Of a stretch of 54,697 bases of DNA, positions 10,812 through 20,517 are shown piece by piece. The notes beneath the pieces are model-generated. The model was not told the origin of the DNA and made no database searches. It was given only the letters and a program-made list of their open reading frames with translations. The position numbers and the translations under genes are program-made. Numbering within the stretch: position 1 is the first letter of the stretch; each line of letters begins with the position of its first letter. The stretch covers positions 1 through 54,697 of the forward strand of contig JAWVYO010000003.1 of the NCBI GenBank assembly GCA_033722675.1, in the 5' to 3' direction. The DNA is from Acidimicrobiia bacterium. GTDB lineage: Bacteria > Actinomycetota > Acidimicrobiia > Spongiisociales > UBA11373.

Positions 10812-11678
10812 GTGATCCGCCTCCCCGGCACCCCCGTCGCCGCCGAACGATGGGCCGACGTGCCCCGACTGGCCGCCGCCGTGACCTGGCTGGCCGGCCC
10901 GGGGGCCGTGACGGCCCTGCTCGCCTCGCGAGCCGGTCGGCCGCGGCGGGCCGAGCGGCGGTGGGCGGGGTGGGCCCGGCGGCTGCTGGGGCTCCGGGTG
11001 GACCTGCGCGGCCTCGAGCACGTCGATCCGACGCGGCGCTACGTCGTCGCCCCCCTCCACGAGGCCTACGTCGATCCGATCGTGCTCCTGTCGCTGCCGC
11101 TGCGCCTGCGGTTCGTCGGACGGGACGTGGTGACCTCGTCGTGGCCGGTGTCGGCGGCGATGGCGGCCGGCGGTCACCTGTCGGTCCGGCCCGAGCGGCC
11201 GGTCGAGGCGTACCGGCGGATGCTGCGATGGGCCGACACGCTCGGGTCCGGCGACAGCGCCGTCGTCTTCCCCCAGGGGACGCTGCTCGGGATCGAGGCG
11301 GCCTTCTCCGACGGGGCGTTCCGGCTCGCCGAGCGGCTCGACGCGCCCCTGCTGCCGGTGGTGATCTCGGGCACCCACCGGGTGTGGGAGCGCCCGTTCT
11401 CGCCCGTGGTGCGGTTCGGACGACGGGTCTGGGTCGAGGTCCTCCCGCCGGTGCGCCCGGAGGAGGCGATGGGCGGCCGGGAGGAGGTCGAGCGGCGGAT
11501 GCGGGCGGCGGCCCTCGCCGCTCCGGTGGCCCCCCGACGCTACGAGCCCGACCGGGACGGGTGGTGGGACGGGTACCGGTTCGCGATCCACGACGACTTC
11601 CCGGACCTGGCCGCCCGGGTCGCCGAACGTCGATCCCGACCGGGGTCCGCCGACGCAGCCGGTCGCGCCCATCCGTAG
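10812..11678 (+). CDS. Lysophospholipid/glycerolipid acyltransferase (PlsC-like)
   Basis: H-x4-D motif (HEAYVD), VVFPQGT block III, LPVVISGT block IV. Confidence 0.75.
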   Translation: MIRLPGTPVAAERWADVPRLAAAVTWLAGPGAVTALLASRAGRPRRAERRWAGWARRLLGLRVDLRGLEHVDPTRRYVVAPLHEAYVDPIVLLSLPLRLRFVGRDVVTSSWPVSAAMAAGGHLSVRPERPVEAYRRMLRWADTLGSGDSAVVFPQGTLLGIEAAFSDGAFRLAERLDAPLLPVVISGTHRVWERPFSPVVRFGRRVWVEVLPPVRPEEAMGGREEVERRMRAAALAAPVAPRRYEPDRDGWWDGYRFAIHDDFPDLAARVAERRSRPGSADAAGRAHP

Positions 11679-11693
11679 GTACCCTCGTCCGGC

Positions 11694-13136
11694 ATGACCG
11701 AAGCCCCACCCCGAGGCGCCTGGGCTCTCCTGAAGGAGGGCCCCTTCTCGCGACTGTGGCGGGCGGGGCTCATCTCGAGCACCGGCGACTGGGTGACGAT
11801 CCTGGCGACGTTGTCGCTGGCCGAGGAACTGGCGGGGAGCGGCGGCATCGTGCTCGCCCTCGTCACCCGGATCCTGCCAGGGCTCTTCTTCGCCGCGATC
11901 GGCGGGATCATCGCGGACCGGCTGAACCGCAAGACGATCATGATCGTCGTCGAGACGGGCCGCGCCGCGCTCGTGCTCGGCCTGGCCTTCGTCGACTCCA
12001 TCGGGACCCTCGTCATCGTGAACCTGCTCCTCGAGGCCTTCACCCTCGTCTTCCAGCCGGCGAAGGAGGCGACGGTCCCGAACCTCGTCCAGCGCAACGA
12101 GCTGGTCCAGGCCAACAGCCTCTCGCTCAGCGCGGCCTACGGGACCTTTCCCCTCGGCGCAGCCCTCTTCCTGGCGATCGCGCCGCTGGCCGGCACCGTG
12201 ACCCTCGGCGGCCTCCTGCCGGGCACGCACGAGGCGCTCGCCTTCCTCCTGGACTCCTTCACGTACCTGGGCTCGGCGATCATCATCTCGACGCTCCCCA
12301 CCCAGGTGGCCCACCGCCGGAAGCGGGCCGACGGGACGAAGAAGAAGCGGGACCTCATGGGCCCCCTGCGGGACCTGAAGGAGGGGGTCGCCTTCGTCGC
12401 CACCCGCGAGCGGGTCCGGTCGGTGGTGCTGGCCATGACGATGGGCCTGGCGGGCGGCGGCATCGTCGTGGTGCTCGGCAAGCCCTACGCCAAGGACGTC
12501 CTCGAGGCCGGGTCCGCCGGCTTCCCGGCGCTGCTCACCGGATTCGGGATGGGTGCGGCGGCGGGGATCGTGATCGTCACCGTCTTCGGACCGCGCTTGA
12601 AGCACAAGGACGCCTCGTTCGCCGTCGCGTTGCTCGTCACGGGGATCGCCCTCGCGGCCACCGGGCTCATCCAGACGCTGCTCGGCGGCGTCGGCTGGAT
12701 CACGATCATGGGGTTCGGCGCGGGGTCCGGGTACGTGCTCGGGTTCGCCCACATGCACGAGCAGGTCGAGGATTCGATCCGGGGCCGTACCTTCGCGGCC
12801 CTGTTCTCGCTCATGCGGATCGGACTGCTCACGTCGATGATGATCGCCCTGCCGCTCGGCGAGGTCTTCGACGGCGTGTTCCCGGGGATGTTCGCCGAGG
12901 GCTCCCGGATCGTTCTGCTGCTCGGCGGGTTCGTGATCTTCGCCAGCGGGGTCGCCACCCTCTGGTCGATCCGGTCCTACGTGTTCGCCGACCCCCTCGC
13001 CGACGAGAGCCGGCGCCGGTCCTTCGAGGCGGCCTCGGAGGCGTTTCGGACCTACCGGCGCCGGCAGTCCGGGGGGCAGGAAACGCAGGAGGTGGAGGCC
13101 GTCGCCCCCGAGATCGAGGAAGCCGGAGACGAATGA
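11694..13136 (+). CDS. MFS transporter (DHA3/MFS_3-like)
   Basis: About 12 hydrophobic helices, motif A GIIADRLNRK, FSRLW..GLISSTGDW N-terminus; ATGA overlap with tmk. Confidence 0.88.
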   Translation: MTEAPPRGAWALLKEGPFSRLWRAGLISSTGDWVTILATLSLAEELAGSGGIVLALVTRILPGLFFAAIGGIIADRLNRKTIMIVVETGRAALVLGLAFVDSIGTLVIVNLLLEAFTLVFQPAKEATVPNLVQRNELVQANSLSLSAAYGTFPLGAALFLAIAPLAGTVTLGGLLPGTHEALAFLLDSFTYLGSAIIISTLPTQVAHRRKRADGTKKKRDLMGPLRDLKEGVAFVATRERVRSVVLAMTMGLAGGGIVVVLGKPYAKDVLEAGSAGFPALLTGFGMGAAAGIVIVTVFGPRLKHKDASFAVALLVTGIALAATGLIQTLLGGVGWITIMGFGAGSGYVLGFAHMHEQVEDSIRGRTFAALFSLMRIGLLTSMMIALPLGEVFDGVFPGMFAEGSRIVLLLGGFVIFASGVATLWSIRSYVFADPLADESRRRSFEAASEAFRTYRRRQSGGQETQEVEAVAPEIEEAGDE

Positions 13137-13735
13137 CCGTTCGCTACGTCGCCGTCGAGGGTGTCGACGGAGCCGGGAAGACGACGGTCGCCCGGCGGGT
13201 CGTCGAGGCCCTGGGGGCGACCGGCGACGTCCGGTTCGTGCGAGAGCCGGGTGGGACGCCCACCGGCGAGGCCATCCGCGACGTGCTCCTCGACCGCGAC
13301 GGTGTGGTGGCACCGTGGACGGAGGCGCTGCTCTTCGCCGCCGGGCGCGCACAGCTCGCCGCCGAGGTGGTGGGCCCCGCCCTGGAGGCGGGCGCGCTCG
13401 TCGTCAGCGACCGCACCGTGTACTCCTCCCTCGCCTACCAGGGCGGTGCCCGCGGGCTCGGGCTGGGCACCGTGCGCGCCGTCAACGAGGCCGGCCTCCA
13501 GGGGGTGTGGCCCGACCTCGTCGTCCTGCTGCGGGTCGACCCGGCCGAGGCGCTCGCCCGGGAGGACGACGCCGATCGCATCAGCGTCGAGGGGCTCGAG
13601 CTGCAGCGGCGGGTCGCCGACGCCTACGAGGCGCTGGCGCGCGCCGAGCCCGACCGGTTCGTGATCGTCGACGCCCGCCGCCCGATCGACGACGTCGTCG
13701 ATCTCGTGGTCCGGTCGATCGAGGAGCGGCGGTGA
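13133..13735 (+). CDS. tmk: Thymidylate kinase
   Basis: VAVEGVDGAGKTT P-loop, REPGGT, SDRTVYSSLAYQG. Confidence 0.96.
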   Translation: MTVRYVAVEGVDGAGKTTVARRVVEALGATGDVRFVREPGGTPTGEAIRDVLLDRDGVVAPWTEALLFAAGRAQLAAEVVGPALEAGALVVSDRTVYSSLAYQGGARGLGLGTVRAVNEAGLQGVWPDLVVLLRVDPAEALAREDDADRISVEGLELQRRVADAYEALARAEPDRFVIVDARRPIDDVVDLVVRSIEERR

Positions 13736-14793
13736 CGGTCTTCGACGACGTCGTGGGTCACACCGCCGTGACGTCGGTCCTCGAACGGGAGGCCGACCAT
13801 CCCGCGCAGGCCTACCTCTTCGTCGGCCCGGCCTCGGTGGGCAAGGCCACCGTGGCGCGAAGGTTCGCCGCCCGCCTCCTGTGCGGCGGCGACGAGGACG
13901 GGATACGGCGCGTGTTGGCCGGCCTGCACCCCGACCTCCATGTCGTGGAGCCCGACGGCCGCACCGCCCTCACCGTCGACCAGGCCCGGACCACCGCCGC
14001 CCGGGCGGTCCTGGCCCCGGTGGAGGCCGACCGGAAGCTCTTCCTCTTCGAGGAGGCGGGCATGATGAACGACGAGGCCGCCAATGCCCTGCTGAAGACG
14101 CTCGAGGAGCCCACGGGGACCACCGTCTTCCTGCTCGTCGCCGAGTCCGAGGACGACCTCCCCGCCACCGTCGCGAGCCGCTGCCGCACCGTGTTCTTCG
14201 GCCGGGTGACGGAGGAGGAGGTGGTGGCGTCGCTGGTGGGGGCAGGCGTGACCGACGCGCAGGCGGCCCGTGCCGCGAGCACCTCGGGGGGCCGTCCAGG
14301 CCTCGCGAGGATGCTGGCCACCCGGCCGGAGGTCGCGGCCTTCCGCTCGGCGTGGCTCGACGTCCCGTCCAGGCTGAGCGATGCCCCCGGCGACGCCTTC
14401 CGCCTGGCCGAGGAGCTGGTGGCCGCCACCGAGCCCCTCCTGGAGGCGCTCGCCGAACGCCAGGCGAACGAGCTGTCGGCGGTGGAGGACGAGCCGGCCG
14501 CCGCCAAGGCGGTGAAGGACCGCCACGACCGGGAGCGTCGTCGCGCCGACCGGGCGCTCCACGTCACCGGGCTCGAGATCCTCGCCTCCTGGTACCGGGA
14601 CGCCGCCGCCGCCCAGTTCGGTGCGCCGGTGCGCAACCGCGACGTCGCCGGCACCGCGCTCGCCGACGTGCGTCCCGCCCTCGCCGTGGCGCGGGCCACC
14701 CGCGTGCTCGACACCGTCGACTCCCTCGAAGCGAACCAGCGTCCCGACCTCGCGTTCGCGGCGCTCTTCTCCGACCTTGCCGCGCACGGCTGA
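13732..14793 (+). CDS. holB: DNA polymerase III delta' subunit
   Basis: AYLFVGPASVGK, GLHPD, AANALLKTLEEP, TVASRC; position after tmk; GTGA overlap. Confidence 0.9.
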   Translation: MTVFDDVVGHTAVTSVLEREADHPAQAYLFVGPASVGKATVARRFAARLLCGGDEDGIRRVLAGLHPDLHVVEPDGRTALTVDQARTTAARAVLAPVEADRKLFLFEEAGMMNDEAANALLKTLEEPTGTTVFLLVAESEDDLPATVASRCRTVFFGRVTEEEVVASLVGAGVTDAQAARAASTSGGRPGLARMLATRPEVAAFRSAWLDVPSRLSDAPGDAFRLAEELVAATEPLLEALAERQANELSAVEDEPAAAKAVKDRHDRERRRADRALHVTGLEILASWYRDAAAAQFGAPVRNRDVAGTALADVRPALAVARATRVLDTVDSLEANQRPDLAFAALFSDLAAHG

Positions 14794-15430
14794 GGACGGG
14801 TTCTCCCGGGGCGGCCGGCTCGTCTGGCGCACGGTGCCTCCGCTGGCGCGCCTGCTCTTCGGGGTGGCCTTCGACTTCCGTCGCGAGGGCCACGAGCGCA
14901 TCCCCCCGGGACCCGTCGTGTTCGCCGCCAACCACTTCTCCCACCTCGACCCGGTGATCCTGGGTGCCACCGTGGACCGGCCGGTCCGGTACCTGGCCGT
15001 CGACGAGCTCTACGGGAAGACGGCCTTCTTCGATCGGCTCACCGTGTGGCTCGGGGCGATCCCCATGTCGCGGACGAGGGCCCCCCTCGGTGCCCTCCGC
15101 GTCGCCCTCGACGAGCTGGCGTCGGGCGGCAGCGTCGGCCTGTTCCCCGAGGGGGTGCGCGTCTGGACGTGGGGCGAGGTCGGTCCCAAACGCGGTGCCG
15201 CCTGGCTCGCCCGGCGATCCGGCACGCCCCTCGTCCCCGTCGCGATCTTCGGGACGGACGACGCCATGGGCCGGGGGCAGTTCCGGATCGACCGCCGCCC
15301 GCTGAGCTCCTTCGTCTGTGAGCCGATCCACCCCGCCGACCACGAGGACGCCGAGGATCCGCTGGCCTCGATGGTCGCGACCTGGGAGGAGCGGATCGAC
15401 GCCGGGCTGGCCCGCCTGCGCTCCCGCTAG
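14777..15430 (+). CDS. 1-acyl-sn-glycerol-3-phosphate acyltransferase family protein
   Basis: ANHFSHLD (H-x4-D), LFPEG, PLVPVAIFGT. Start uncertain (TTG 14777 chosen). Confidence 0.85.
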   Translation: MPRTAEDGFSRGGRLVWRTVPPLARLLFGVAFDFRREGHERIPPGPVVFAANHFSHLDPVILGATVDRPVRYLAVDELYGKTAFFDRLTVWLGAIPMSRTRAPLGALRVALDELASGGSVGLFPEGVRVWTWGEVGPKRGAAWLARRSGTPLVPVAIFGTDDAMGRGQFRIDRRPLSSFVCEPIHPADHEDAEDPLASMVATWEERIDAGLARLRSR

Positions 15431-15478
15431 CCGCCGGGCCGTTCCTACGCTCGGAGCACCGCGAACGGGGGAGTCCCA

Positions 15479-16399
15479 GTGAAGATCGCCATCACCGGAT
15501 CGAGCGGCCTCATCGGCACGAAGCTCGTCGCCACGCTCGAGGGGGCCGGGCACGAGGTCGTGCGGGTCACGCGACCCTCCTCGGAGTCCACCGACGGCGA
15601 GATCACCTGGCAGCCGTCGGAGGGTGCGATCGACCCGGCGGACCTCGAGGGGTTCGACGCCGTGATCAACCTGAACGGCCGCTCGATCGGCGAGCGTCGC
15701 TGGACGGAGGCGGAGAAGGCCCTCATCTACGACAGCCGGATCGACAGCACGCGCCTGCTGGCGACGACGCTCGCCGGCCTGGAGGACAAGCCGTCGGTGT
15801 TCGTCTCGGCCTCGGCCATCGGCTACTACGGCGATCGCGGCGACGAGGTGCTGACCGAGGACGCCGAACCGGGCGAGGGGTTCTTCCCGCGGGTCTGCGC
15901 CGACTGGGAGGCGATGACGGCGCCCGCCGCCGACGCCGGGATCCGCGTCGTCACGATCCGCACCGGGGTGGTGCTCGACGGCGACGGCGGGGCGCTGGGT
16001 CGGCTCCTCGCGCCGCTCGGGCCCTCGTGGATCAGCCCCTACCGGTGGGGTCTGGGCGGCTGGATCGGATCCGGCCGCCAGTGGATGTCGTGGATCTCCA
16101 TGGACGACGAGGTACGGGCGATCGTCCATCTTCTCGGCTCGGAGGTGTCGGGCCCGGTCAACCTCGTGGCACCGGAGCCCGTACGGAACAAGACCTTCAT
16201 GAAGGCGGTCGGAACGGCCCTGGGGCGGCCGGTGTGGCTGCCCATCCCGAAGTTCGTCCTGAAGCTGTTCCTGGGGACCGAACTCGCCAGGAACACGCTG
16301 TTCGACAGCCTGCGGGTCTCGTCGCAGCGGCTCCAGGACGACGGGTTCGTCTTCGAGGACACGGACCTGGTGGCGGCGCTCCGGGAGGAGATCGGCTGA
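15479..16399 (+). CDS. TIGR01777/YfcH-like NAD-dependent epimerase family protein
   Basis: MKIAITGSSGLIG, SASAIGYYG, GSGRQWMSWI, GPVNLVAPEPV; SD GGGGAG. Confidence 0.9.
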   Translation: MKIAITGSSGLIGTKLVATLEGAGHEVVRVTRPSSESTDGEITWQPSEGAIDPADLEGFDAVINLNGRSIGERRWTEAEKALIYDSRIDSTRLLATTLAGLEDKPSVFVSASAIGYYGDRGDEVLTEDAEPGEGFFPRVCADWEAMTAPAADAGIRVVTIRTGVVLDGDGGALGRLLAPLGPSWISPYRWGLGGWIGSGRQWMSWISMDDEVRAIVHLLGSEVSGPVNLVAPEPVRNKTFMKAVGTALGRPVWLPIPKFVLKLFLGTELARNTLFDSLRVSSQRLQDDGFVFEDTDLVAALREEIG

Positions 16400-17637
16400 T
16401 GGCGGACGTCGCGGTCGTCGGCGCCGGTCTGGCCGGGCTGTCGACGGCGGTCCGCCTCCGGGAAGCCGGCCTGGAGGTGACCGTGCTCGAGGCCGCCGAC
16501 GACGTCGGCGGACGGGTCCGCACCGACGCCGTGGACGGGTTCCTGCTCGACCGCGGGTTCCAGGTGTATCTCACCGCGTACCCCGAGGGCCGGGCGATCC
16601 TGGATCACGACGCCCTCGACCTGCGGGCGTTCGAGCCGGGGGCGCTCGTCTGGTTCGACGGGCGCCTGCACCGCGTGGCCGACCCCCTCCGGCGGCCGAC
16701 GTCGCTCTGGTCGACGCTGCGAGCCCCCATCGGGTCGCCGCTCGACAAGCTGCGCGTGGCTCGACTCCGTGTCCGGCTGCGGTCCGTGGACCCCGTCGCG
16801 GTCCTCGAGGAGGACGACGACCGGTCGACCCTCGAACAGCTCCGGGAGCTGGGCTTCTCCGACCGGATGATCGACCGGTTCTTTCGGCCCCTCTTCGCCG
16901 GCATCACGCTGGACCGCGATCTGTCCACCTCCGCCAAGGTGTTCCGGTTCGTGTTCGGGATGCTGACGGAGGGGGTGGCGGCCGTGCCCGCTGCGGGCAT
17001 GGGGGCGATCCCCCGACAGTTGGCCGACCGGCTGGGGCCCGGCATCGTGCGCCTCGGCACCCGCGCGGAGCGGGTGGAGGGCACGACGGTGCGCCTCGCC
17101 GACGGCGGAGAGGTGCGGTCGCGGGCGATCGTGATCGCCACCGAGGGACCGGAGGCGGCCCGGCTGGTGGGGGTCGACGAGCCCCGGTCCCGTGGCGTGA
17201 CGGGTCTCTACTTCTCGGCGCCCGTGGGGCCGATCGGCCGGCCGGTCCTCGCCCTCGACGGCGAGACGCGGGGCCCGGTGAACAACGTCGCGGAGATGAG
17301 CGCGGTCGCCCCGGGTTACGCATCGCGTGGCCGGGCGCTCGTGGCCGTCCAGGCCCTGGGCACCGGCGGCGGCACTGTGTCGGTGGCGACCGAGGAGCTC
17401 AAGCGCTGGTTCGGCCTCGGCGTCGAGGACTGGGAGGTCGTGGGTGAGTACCGCATCCCCCACGCGCAGCCCGACCAGCGTCCGCCCTTCTCCGGCACGC
17501 TCCCGGCACGGCTGGGTGACGGTCGCTACGTCGCCGGCGACCACCGGGCCAGTGCGTCGATCAACGGCGCCCTGCGGTCCGGCCGGCTGGCGGCCGCCGC
17601 CGTCGCCGAGGATCTCGGCGTCACAGCCGCGGTGTAG
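16399..17637 (+). CDS. FAD-dependent oxidoreductase (amine oxidase / phytoene desaturase-like)
   Basis: VVGAGLAGL, EAADDVGGRVRT, LDRGFQV, C-terminal AGDH..SINGALRSG; TGATG coupling. Confidence 0.88.
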   Translation: MADVAVVGAGLAGLSTAVRLREAGLEVTVLEAADDVGGRVRTDAVDGFLLDRGFQVYLTAYPEGRAILDHDALDLRAFEPGALVWFDGRLHRVADPLRRPTSLWSTLRAPIGSPLDKLRVARLRVRLRSVDPVAVLEEDDDRSTLEQLRELGFSDRMIDRFFRPLFAGITLDRDLSTSAKVFRFVFGMLTEGVAAVPAAGMGAIPRQLADRLGPGIVRLGTRAERVEGTTVRLADGGEVRSRAIVIATEGPEAARLVGVDEPRSRGVTGLYFSAPVGPIGRPVLALDGETRGPVNNVAEMSAVAPGYASRGRALVAVQALGTGGGTVSVATEELKRWFGLGVEDWEVVGEYRIPHAQPDQRPPFSGTLPARLGDGRYVAGDHRASASINGALRSGRLAAAAVAEDLGVTAAV

Positions 17638-17664
17638 CCTGCGGCCACCGGGCCGAGGAGGAGC

Positions 17665-18840
17665 ATGACGACCACCACCGAGCGGGATCTCGTCGAGGAG
17701 CAGCTCGAGCGGCTGCTGGCCGACCACGATCCGGCGGGGCCCCACACCGAGTTCCTGGGCGCCCAGTTCGATCACGGCCTCGCCTGGGTCTGGTTCCCCG
17801 AGGGCCTCGGCGGCCTGGGCGTGTCCCGAAACCTCCAACGGGTCGTCGACGAGCGGCTCCAGGAGGTCGGCGCCCCCCGGGCCGCCACGTACAACCTGCT
17901 CGGCATCGGGATGGGCGCGCCGGTGCTCATGGAGTACGGGACGGAGGAGCAGCAGCGCCGCTGGCTGCGTCCGATGTTCGCCTGCGAGGAGATCTGGTGC
18001 CAGATGTTCTCCGAGCCCGGTGCCGGATCCGACGTCGCGGCCCTCGCCACGCGGGCGGTCCGCGACGGCGACGAATGGGTGGTGAACGGCCAGAAGGTCT
18101 GGACCACGATCGCCCACGTGTCCAAATGGGGGATGCTGGTCGCCCGGACCGATCCCGACGTCCCCAAGCACCAGGGCATGTCGTACTTCGTGGTCGACAT
18201 GGAGGCCGACGGCGTCGACGTCCGGCCGCTGCGCCAGATCACCGGGGAGGCGGAGTTCAACGAGGTCTACTTCGACGACGTCCGGGTGCCCGATGCCAAC
18301 CGCATCGGCGACGTGGGCGACGGATGGCGCGTGGCGCTGGCGACCCTCATGAACGAGCGGGTTGCGATCGGCGGGACCGTGCTGCCTCGGGGCGGCGGCC
18401 CCATCGGCGACCTCGTGGAGGTCTGGACCGACCACGGCGGCGACGAGGCCGCCCGCGACGAGGTCGCTCGGCTGTGGGTGGAGTTCGAGGCGGCTCGACT
18501 GACGAATCTGCGGGCCTCCCAGAACCGGCGGCGCGGCACGCCGGGACCGGAGGGCTCGACCGCCAAGCTGGTGTACGCCGAGTTGAACAAGCGGATCTAC
18601 GAGACGGCGACCGACCTGATGGGTGCCGAGGCCATGCTGTACCCCTCCTACGAGATGACCCGGCCGGGGGAGGTCAGTGGCATCGACGACATCCGCAAGG
18701 CCTTTCTCCGGGCCCGGGCGAACTCGATCGAGGGCGGGACGTCGGAGATCATGAAGAACATCCTCGGCGAGCGGGTGCTCGGGCTCCCCGGCGAGCCGCG
18801 CGTGGACAAGGACCTGCCCTGGTCCGAGGTGCCCCGCTAG
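17665..18840 (+). CDS. Acyl-CoA dehydrogenase family protein
   Basis: WCQMFSEPGAGSD, NGQKVWT, EFNEVYFDDV, SIEGGTSEIMKNILGERVLGLP; strong SD GAGGAGG. Confidence 0.93.
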   Translation: MTTTTERDLVEEQLERLLADHDPAGPHTEFLGAQFDHGLAWVWFPEGLGGLGVSRNLQRVVDERLQEVGAPRAATYNLLGIGMGAPVLMEYGTEEQQRRWLRPMFACEEIWCQMFSEPGAGSDVAALATRAVRDGDEWVVNGQKVWTTIAHVSKWGMLVARTDPDVPKHQGMSYFVVDMEADGVDVRPLRQITGEAEFNEVYFDDVRVPDANRIGDVGDGWRVALATLMNERVAIGGTVLPRGGGPIGDLVEVWTDHGGDEAARDEVARLWVEFEAARLTNLRASQNRRRGTPGPEGSTAKLVYAELNKRIYETATDLMGAEAMLYPSYEMTRPGEVSGIDDIRKAFLRARANSIEGGTSEIMKNILGERVLGLPGEPRVDKDLPWSEVPR

Positions 18841-18901
18841 CCGGATTGCCCCGAAACGGCGCCTCCCCACCCCTATAGTCACACCCGTGTAGTTCTGCGG
18901 G

Positions 18902-19252
18902 GTGAGGGTGCCCATCTTCCGCGAGAAGCGATCCAGGAAGCGGTGGCGGCGAGAGGTCGCCGCCCAGCTCACCGACCGGGTCGACGCCCAGGGGTTCGTC
19001 CGCTTCGTCGGTCGCAGCGCCGACTCCCGCCGGGAGATGCTCAAGGTCGCCGAGTTGCTGCCCACCGATCTCGTGGTGGAGGTCTACGAGGACCTCCGCT
19101 ACCCCGACTGCGTGTTCCTGGAGGTGCACCGCGACGCGGCCCCACCCGCGGTGGATCCCGGCTTCCGGCTCCTCCCCGGCGACACCCCCACCGGGGAGCA
19201 GGAGGTCTTCGACCACCAGGACGCCGGGCTCATCGACGAAGAGGCCGTGTAG
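18902..19252 (+). CDS. Hypothetical protein (116 aa)
   Basis: Fills the intergenic gap with GC3-biased codons; TATAGT hexamer at 18874-18879 upstream; no recognisable motif. Confidence 0.6.
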   Translation: MRVPIFREKRSRKRWRREVAAQLTDRVDAQGFVRFVGRSADSRREMLKVAELLPTDLVVEVYEDLRYPDCVFLEVHRDAAPPAVDPGFRLLPGDTPTGEQEVFDHQDAGLIDEEAV

Positions 19253-19261
19253 CCCCCGGCG

Positions 19262-19516
19262 ATGGACGCCTGCCCCGACTGCGGGCTGCCGATCGCGCCG
19301 TCGACCCGCACCTGTCCCGATTGCGGCCACGACGTGCGGCCCCCGCTGGCGGACCGCGTCGCGGTGTGGGCCATGCTCGCCGCGGTCGGGCTCGTCTTCG
19401 TGGCCTCGGTCGCCCGCGTCGGCTTCGCCGTTGCCGGGTCCCTCGGCCTCTGGGTGGGCGCAGTCTTCGCCGCCCTCGTCGTATGGGCCGGCATCGACCG
19501 TCTTCGGGGGCGCTGA
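19262..19516 (+). CDS. Small zinc-ribbon membrane protein (84 aa)
   Basis: CPDCG-x9-CPDCG followed by two hydrophobic helices. Confidence 0.65.
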   Translation: MDACPDCGLPIAPSTRTCPDCGHDVRPPLADRVAVWAMLAAVGLVFVASVARVGFAVAGSLGLWVGAVFAALVVWAGIDRLRGR

Positions 19517-19524
19517 ACGCGGCC

Positions 19525-20481
19525 TCAGCCGTGCGCGGCAGGGATCGTGCCGAGCCGCCCCGCCTGGAAGTCGTCGAAGGCCTGCTGCAACTCGGCGCGG
19601 GTGTTCATGACGAAGGGGCCGTACCAGGCGACGGGCTCGCGGATGGGTCGGCCGCCCAGCACCAGGAGATCGACGTCGGGACTGCGGGACTCCTGTCGCT
19701 CGTCGGCCTCGAGGACGAGGGCGTCGCCCGGTCCGAACACGATCAGCTCGCCGAGACCCGCCTCGCGCCGCTCGGGGCCGGCGCGGACGTTTCCGTTGAG
19801 GACGTAGACGAGGGCGTTGAAGTCGGCGCGCCACGGCAGCCGGAGACGCGATCCCGGGTGCATGGTCGCGTGCAGCATGGTGATGGGAGTGTGGGTGGAG
19901 CCCGGCCCAGCATGGCCGGCGAGGTCGCCGGCGATGAGGCGGATGAGGGTTGCGCCGTCGGGGGAGCGGAGCAGCGCCACGTCGGAGCCCCGCAGGTCCT
20001 GGTAGCGGGGCTCGAGGAACTTGTCCTCGGCGGGCAGGTTGACCCACAACTGGAAGCCGTGGAAGAGGCCACCCGTGGTGACGAGCCACTCGGGCGGCGT
20101 CTCGATGTGGAGGATCCCCGATCCGGCGGTCATCCACTGCGTGTCGCCGTTGGTGATGGTCCCGCCCCCGCCGTTCGAGTCGCGGTGCTCCATGACGCCG
20201 TCGATCATGTAGGTCACCGTCTCGAAGCCGCGGTGGGGGTGCCACGGCGTCCCCTTCGGCTCGCCGGGGGCGTACTCGACCTCGCCCATCTGGTCGAGGT
20301 GCACGAAGGGATCGAGGTCGGCGAGGTCGACACCGGCGAAGGCCCGACGTACGGGGAAACCCTCGCCCTCGAATCCCCGGGGGGCGGTGGTGACCGACCG
20401 CACCGAGCGGTCCCGGGCGTCGTCGAACGGCTCGTCGACGGCGGGCAGCACCAGGAGGTCGTCGACGGTCACGGCTGGCAT
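19525..20481 (-). CDS. Pirin family protein
   Basis: DPFVHLDQMG, WHPHRGFETVTY, QWMTAGSGILHIE, YGPFVMNT; ATG 20481 follows SD GGAGG. Confidence 0.95.
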   Translation of the reverse strand: MPAVTVDDLLVLPAVDEPFDDARDRSVRSVTTAPRGFEGEGFPVRRAFAGVDLADLDPFVHLDQMGEVEYAPGEPKGTPWHPHRGFETVTYMIDGVMEHRDSNGGGGTITNGDTQWMTAGSGILHIETPPEWLVTTGGLFHGFQLWVNLPAEDKFLEPRYQDLRGSDVALLRSPDGATLIRLIAGDLAGHAGPGSTHTPITMLHATMHPGSRLRLPWRADFNALVYVLNGNVRAGPERREAGLGELIVFGPGDALVLEADERQESRSPDVDLLVLGGRPIREPVAWYGPFVMNTRAELQQAFDDFQAGRLGTIPAAHG

Positions 20482-20502
20482 GGGTGGTCCTCCGGTCGGA
20501 TA

Positions 20503-20517
20503 GTTGCACACTGCAAC
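20503..20517. promoter_or_regulatory. Palindromic operator (MarR-like) over the pirin -10/TSS
   Basis: GTTGCA-CAC-TGCAAC perfect inverted repeat, AT-rich for this genome. Confidence 0.5.
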
